Below are positions 61,295 through 64,000 of a DNA stretch of 64,000 nucleotides, piece after piece; positions within the stretch are counted from its first letter, which is position 1; each line of letters starts with the position of its first letter. Position numbers and translations under genes: made by a program. This DNA is from an uncultured cyanobacterium (GTDB lineage Bacteria > Cyanobacteriota > Cyanobacteriia > Cyanobacteriales > Cyanobacteriaceae): positions 64,001-128,000 of the forward strand of contig CAVVOP010000005.1 in the NCBI GenBank assembly GCA_963749915.1, read 5' to 3'. Under the pieces are notes generated by a model. That model ran no database searches, was not told where the DNA came from, and saw only the letters and a list, made by a program, of their open reading frames with translations.

Positions 61295-61663
61295 ATAGAT
61301 AATTTACCCCCTCTTAATCACGATACTATTAGGCAAATCATCGATGAAAAATTGGAGGATCATACTGTTAATAAATTGATCTGGTATTATCTAGGTTATC
61401 GTTATGATTCTGTTAACAAAAAATGGGATAATTCCCAGGTAGAAGAATCCTGGAGAAAAGAATACCCAGAGCCTCCTGATTTTATCGCCCATCGTCCACC
61501 CAACGTCAAGTTAACCCGTTCTATTCTTCCTGAAAATAAACAACTATTAAAAGAAGAATTAGGTTTTAAGGGTTACAAAATCGGTGAATTTAGTCCTCGT
61601 CAAACTCGTCGGGCAACTATAGCCAATTGGTTATTAGGCTATATAAAAACTAATGGTTTATAA
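61295..61663 (+). CDS. DUF1823 family protein, probable ATA start
   Basis: NLPPLN...LIWYYLGYRYD...KQLLKEELGFKGY...TRRAT; homology-like N-terminus extends upstream of TTG 61352. Confidence 0.75.
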   Translation: MDNLPPLNHDTIRQIIDEKLEDHTVNKLIWYYLGYRYDSVNKKWDNSQVEESWRKEYPEPPDFIAHRPPNVKLTRSILPENKQLLKEELGFKGYKIGEFSPRQTRRATIANWLLGYIKTNGL

Positions 61664-61700
61664 TAGTTTATTTGCTTAATAAATACTGTTAACAATTTAA

Positions 61701-62045
<345 letters not shown>

Positions 62046-62060
62046 TTTTTTCAACCTATG

Positions 62061-62087
62061 GTAAGGGCTGGGTAATTCCGCCCCTAC
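62061..62087. repeat. REP-like palindrome / terminator between convergent genes
   Basis: GTAAGGGC...GCCCCTAC. Confidence 0.5.
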
Positions 62088-62108
62088 CAAATTCATTGTT
62101 AAACTTAC

Positions 62109-63350
62109 TTAGGGTTGAGAGAAAATACCAAAAACGGAAGTATAACCGTGCAAAAAAGTGTTACCTGACACGGGTCCTATTTCACCGTTACAGAAAAAAC
62201 CAGCTAAAGGAATATCCCTTACATAGTCAAGGAATAGTTGAGAGTCAAAATTAGGTTTGCCATACAATCCTTCTCCTCTACCCATACAAGAAAAAAGAAG
62301 AGCACCTACAGGAGAAGCAGAATCGGATTTGCTGTTACAGTAATTCGTTAATAAAGTTTCCAAGTCATCGGCGGAAGCCTTTGCATCTCTTAAGTGAAAA
62401 CGGATTCTCTGCCCTGCTCTGATTTTGTCACCTACTGCGATCGCTCCATACTTAGGATCGACTCCCACAAGATTACGAATTAAAAAATCACCGGCTTTTA
62501 ACTGTAATTTAAACTCATCCATAGCAATACCCATAAAGAGAGAATATTGGGCTAAACTTTGATCTTCTTGACTAAGACTAGCAATTAACTCTCTTAACAA
62601 ACTCAAAGGATTATCGGTTTTACCCGCATTATCCCTCATTTCTAAGATGATATTTCTTTCCCCCTGGGTAACTTGATAAGTATTACCGATAGGGCGACAA
62701 CCCTGAGCTACAATAGACTCGACCCGAAGATTTCCACTAAGGGCAACTCCGACTGTGCCTTCGGTGAAAAATAAACCGTCGGATTCTGTGCCACTAAAAT
62801 AAAATAATCCACTACCAACACCCATAGTACTAGCACTAGCTAAACCGCCGACTTTAATCGCTCCTGCATAGGCAAAATCCAACCCTTCTAATAACTCATT
62901 GATCTTAGTAGAAAAAGGATCGGATAATAAAATGAAATTGGGTTGTTTCTCCATGGCGACGCCAATCATTTTGCACCACTCATCAGGCGCACTGTCTGAA
63001 TCAGGTAAATCTTTAGCGGTGACATGAAAAGGGGTTACCTCTACATCAGGCAGACTAGCAACCGTCAAACTTAAACCAGGATTTCCTTCAATTTCTACGG
63101 GTTGATAATCATTTTTCATGCCCACAATGCCACCACCACCCCCACCAATGACACAAGGTAAAGGCAATTTTTCCAATAAAAGAGGCATTAATCGAGGATA
63201 ATCACTGGCAAAAACAGAAGAAATGAAGACTATACCAATATCAGGAGTGGTAGTTAATTTTTCTTGTATTTTAGCTACTACTTCATCAATGGCTTTCTCT
63301 AAAGAAGATTGAGTCGATAAGGCGTTAATCCATTGAATTTGATTTGACAT
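62109..63350 (-). CDS. FIST-domain signal transduction protein
   Basis: VGGLAS, VAQGCRPIG, FSCMGRG, GFFCNGEIGP, LHGYTS. Confidence 0.92.
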   Translation of the reverse strand: MSNQIQWINALSTQSSLEKAIDEVVAKIQEKLTTTPDIGIVFISSVFASDYPRLMPLLLEKLPLPCVIGGGGGGIVGMKNDYQPVEIEGNPGLSLTVASLPDVEVTPFHVTAKDLPDSDSAPDEWCKMIGVAMEKQPNFILLSDPFSTKINELLEGLDFAYAGAIKVGGLASASTMGVGSGLFYFSGTESDGLFFTEGTVGVALSGNLRVESIVAQGCRPIGNTYQVTQGERNIILEMRDNAGKTDNPLSLLRELIASLSQEDQSLAQYSLFMGIAMDEFKLQLKAGDFLIRNLVGVDPKYGAIAVGDKIRAGQRIRFHLRDAKASADDLETLLTNYCNSKSDSASPVGALLFSCMGRGEGLYGKPNFDSQLFLDYVRDIPLAGFFCNGEIGPVSGNTFLHGYTSVFGIFSQP

Positions 63351-63490
63351 AAAACATTCACCTAATTGATTGTAATGGGATAGTTCCTGATATTATCGTA
63401 GAAGATATAGCATATTGACAATTGACCATAGCTTTGTTGCATGAATAATGCAGGCTAGAATCTCGAAGGGTCGGGTCTGAACTTCCTGTC

Positions 63491-64000
63491 TTAGCTTTTA
63501 TCCTCCTTCTCAGCAGCAAGGCTATCTTCTACATCAACAAATTTTTGATTATAAAGACTCATAGCTTTTTCAACTCCATCCCTTAAACTTAGACAAATAG
63601 CATCATAGGTTAATACCATCAATTCTTGAATCACTTTAGTTTCGCTTTTAGAAAACTTACCTAAAACATGACCAATAGTCGCTTCTTTTTCTCCTGATTT
63701 ACCGATACCGATACGAAAACGGGGGAATTTTTGACCGCCTACATGGGAAATAATTGATTTCATGCCGTTATGACCACCAGCAGAACCCGATAACCTTAAT
63801 CTGATTTTTCCAAAGGGTAAATCCATGTCATCATAAACCACTAAAATTGAGTTGGCATTTAATTTGTACCAGTCTAATACTGCCCTCACACATTGACCCG
63901 ATCGATTCATATAAGTTAAGGGTTTTACTAATCTAATTTTGCGGTGATTTGGTGCCATTCCTTCACAAAATAAAGCGTGAAATTTAGTATTTTTTTGCCA
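63491..64000 (-). CDS. pth: Peptidyl-tRNA hydrolase (5' end outside window)
   Basis: KPLTYMNRSG, YDDMDL, GSAGGHNG, RFRIGIG; frame open to window end. Confidence 0.95.
   Translation of the reverse strand, partial: WQKNTKFHALFCEGMAPNHRKIRLVKPLTYMNRSGQCVRAVLDWYKLNANSILVVYDDMDLPFGKIRLRLSGSAGGHNGMKSIISHVGGQKFPRFRIGIGKSGEKEATIGHVLGKFSKSETKVIQELMVLTYDAICLSLRDGVEKAMSLYNQKFVDVEDSLAAEKEDKS

Overview
Low-GC cyanobacterial chromosome segment (HIP1 GCGATCGC sites, psaFJ, psb30, pam68). Gene content and AT-richness suggest a Geminocystis/Cyanobacterium-like Chroococcales; that assignment is inference. Most of the window is housekeeping: ilvD, cruP-like, nadK, tsaD, psaFJ, gdhA, dnaX, hemE, ftsI, mgdA, phoX, recF, rpsO, aroF, nusB, argG, pth, tRNA-Asp and a probable 6S RNA. 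One accessory island (~41.0-49.5 kb) encodes nucleotide-sugar enzymes, two sugar C-methyltransferases and glycosyltransferases, including a visibly GC-rich GT8. The most striking non-coding signal is at 23.9-24.1 kb. There a 51-nt structured unit is inserted into a second copy of itself, which sits in a (TTTTGGA)n tract inside a MITE; an empty copy of the MITE lies at 58.7 kb. The two 51-nt copies differ mostly by compensatory base changes and keep a GNRA loop on the minus strand. Other points of interest: DnaX ends in an SSB-like DDDIPF tail, an alpha/beta-hydrolase is fused to a solute-binding domain, a DUF1823 gene probably starts at ATA, and an NtcA-type promoter precedes the sugar operon. 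All calls come from reading the sequence; no database searches were run.
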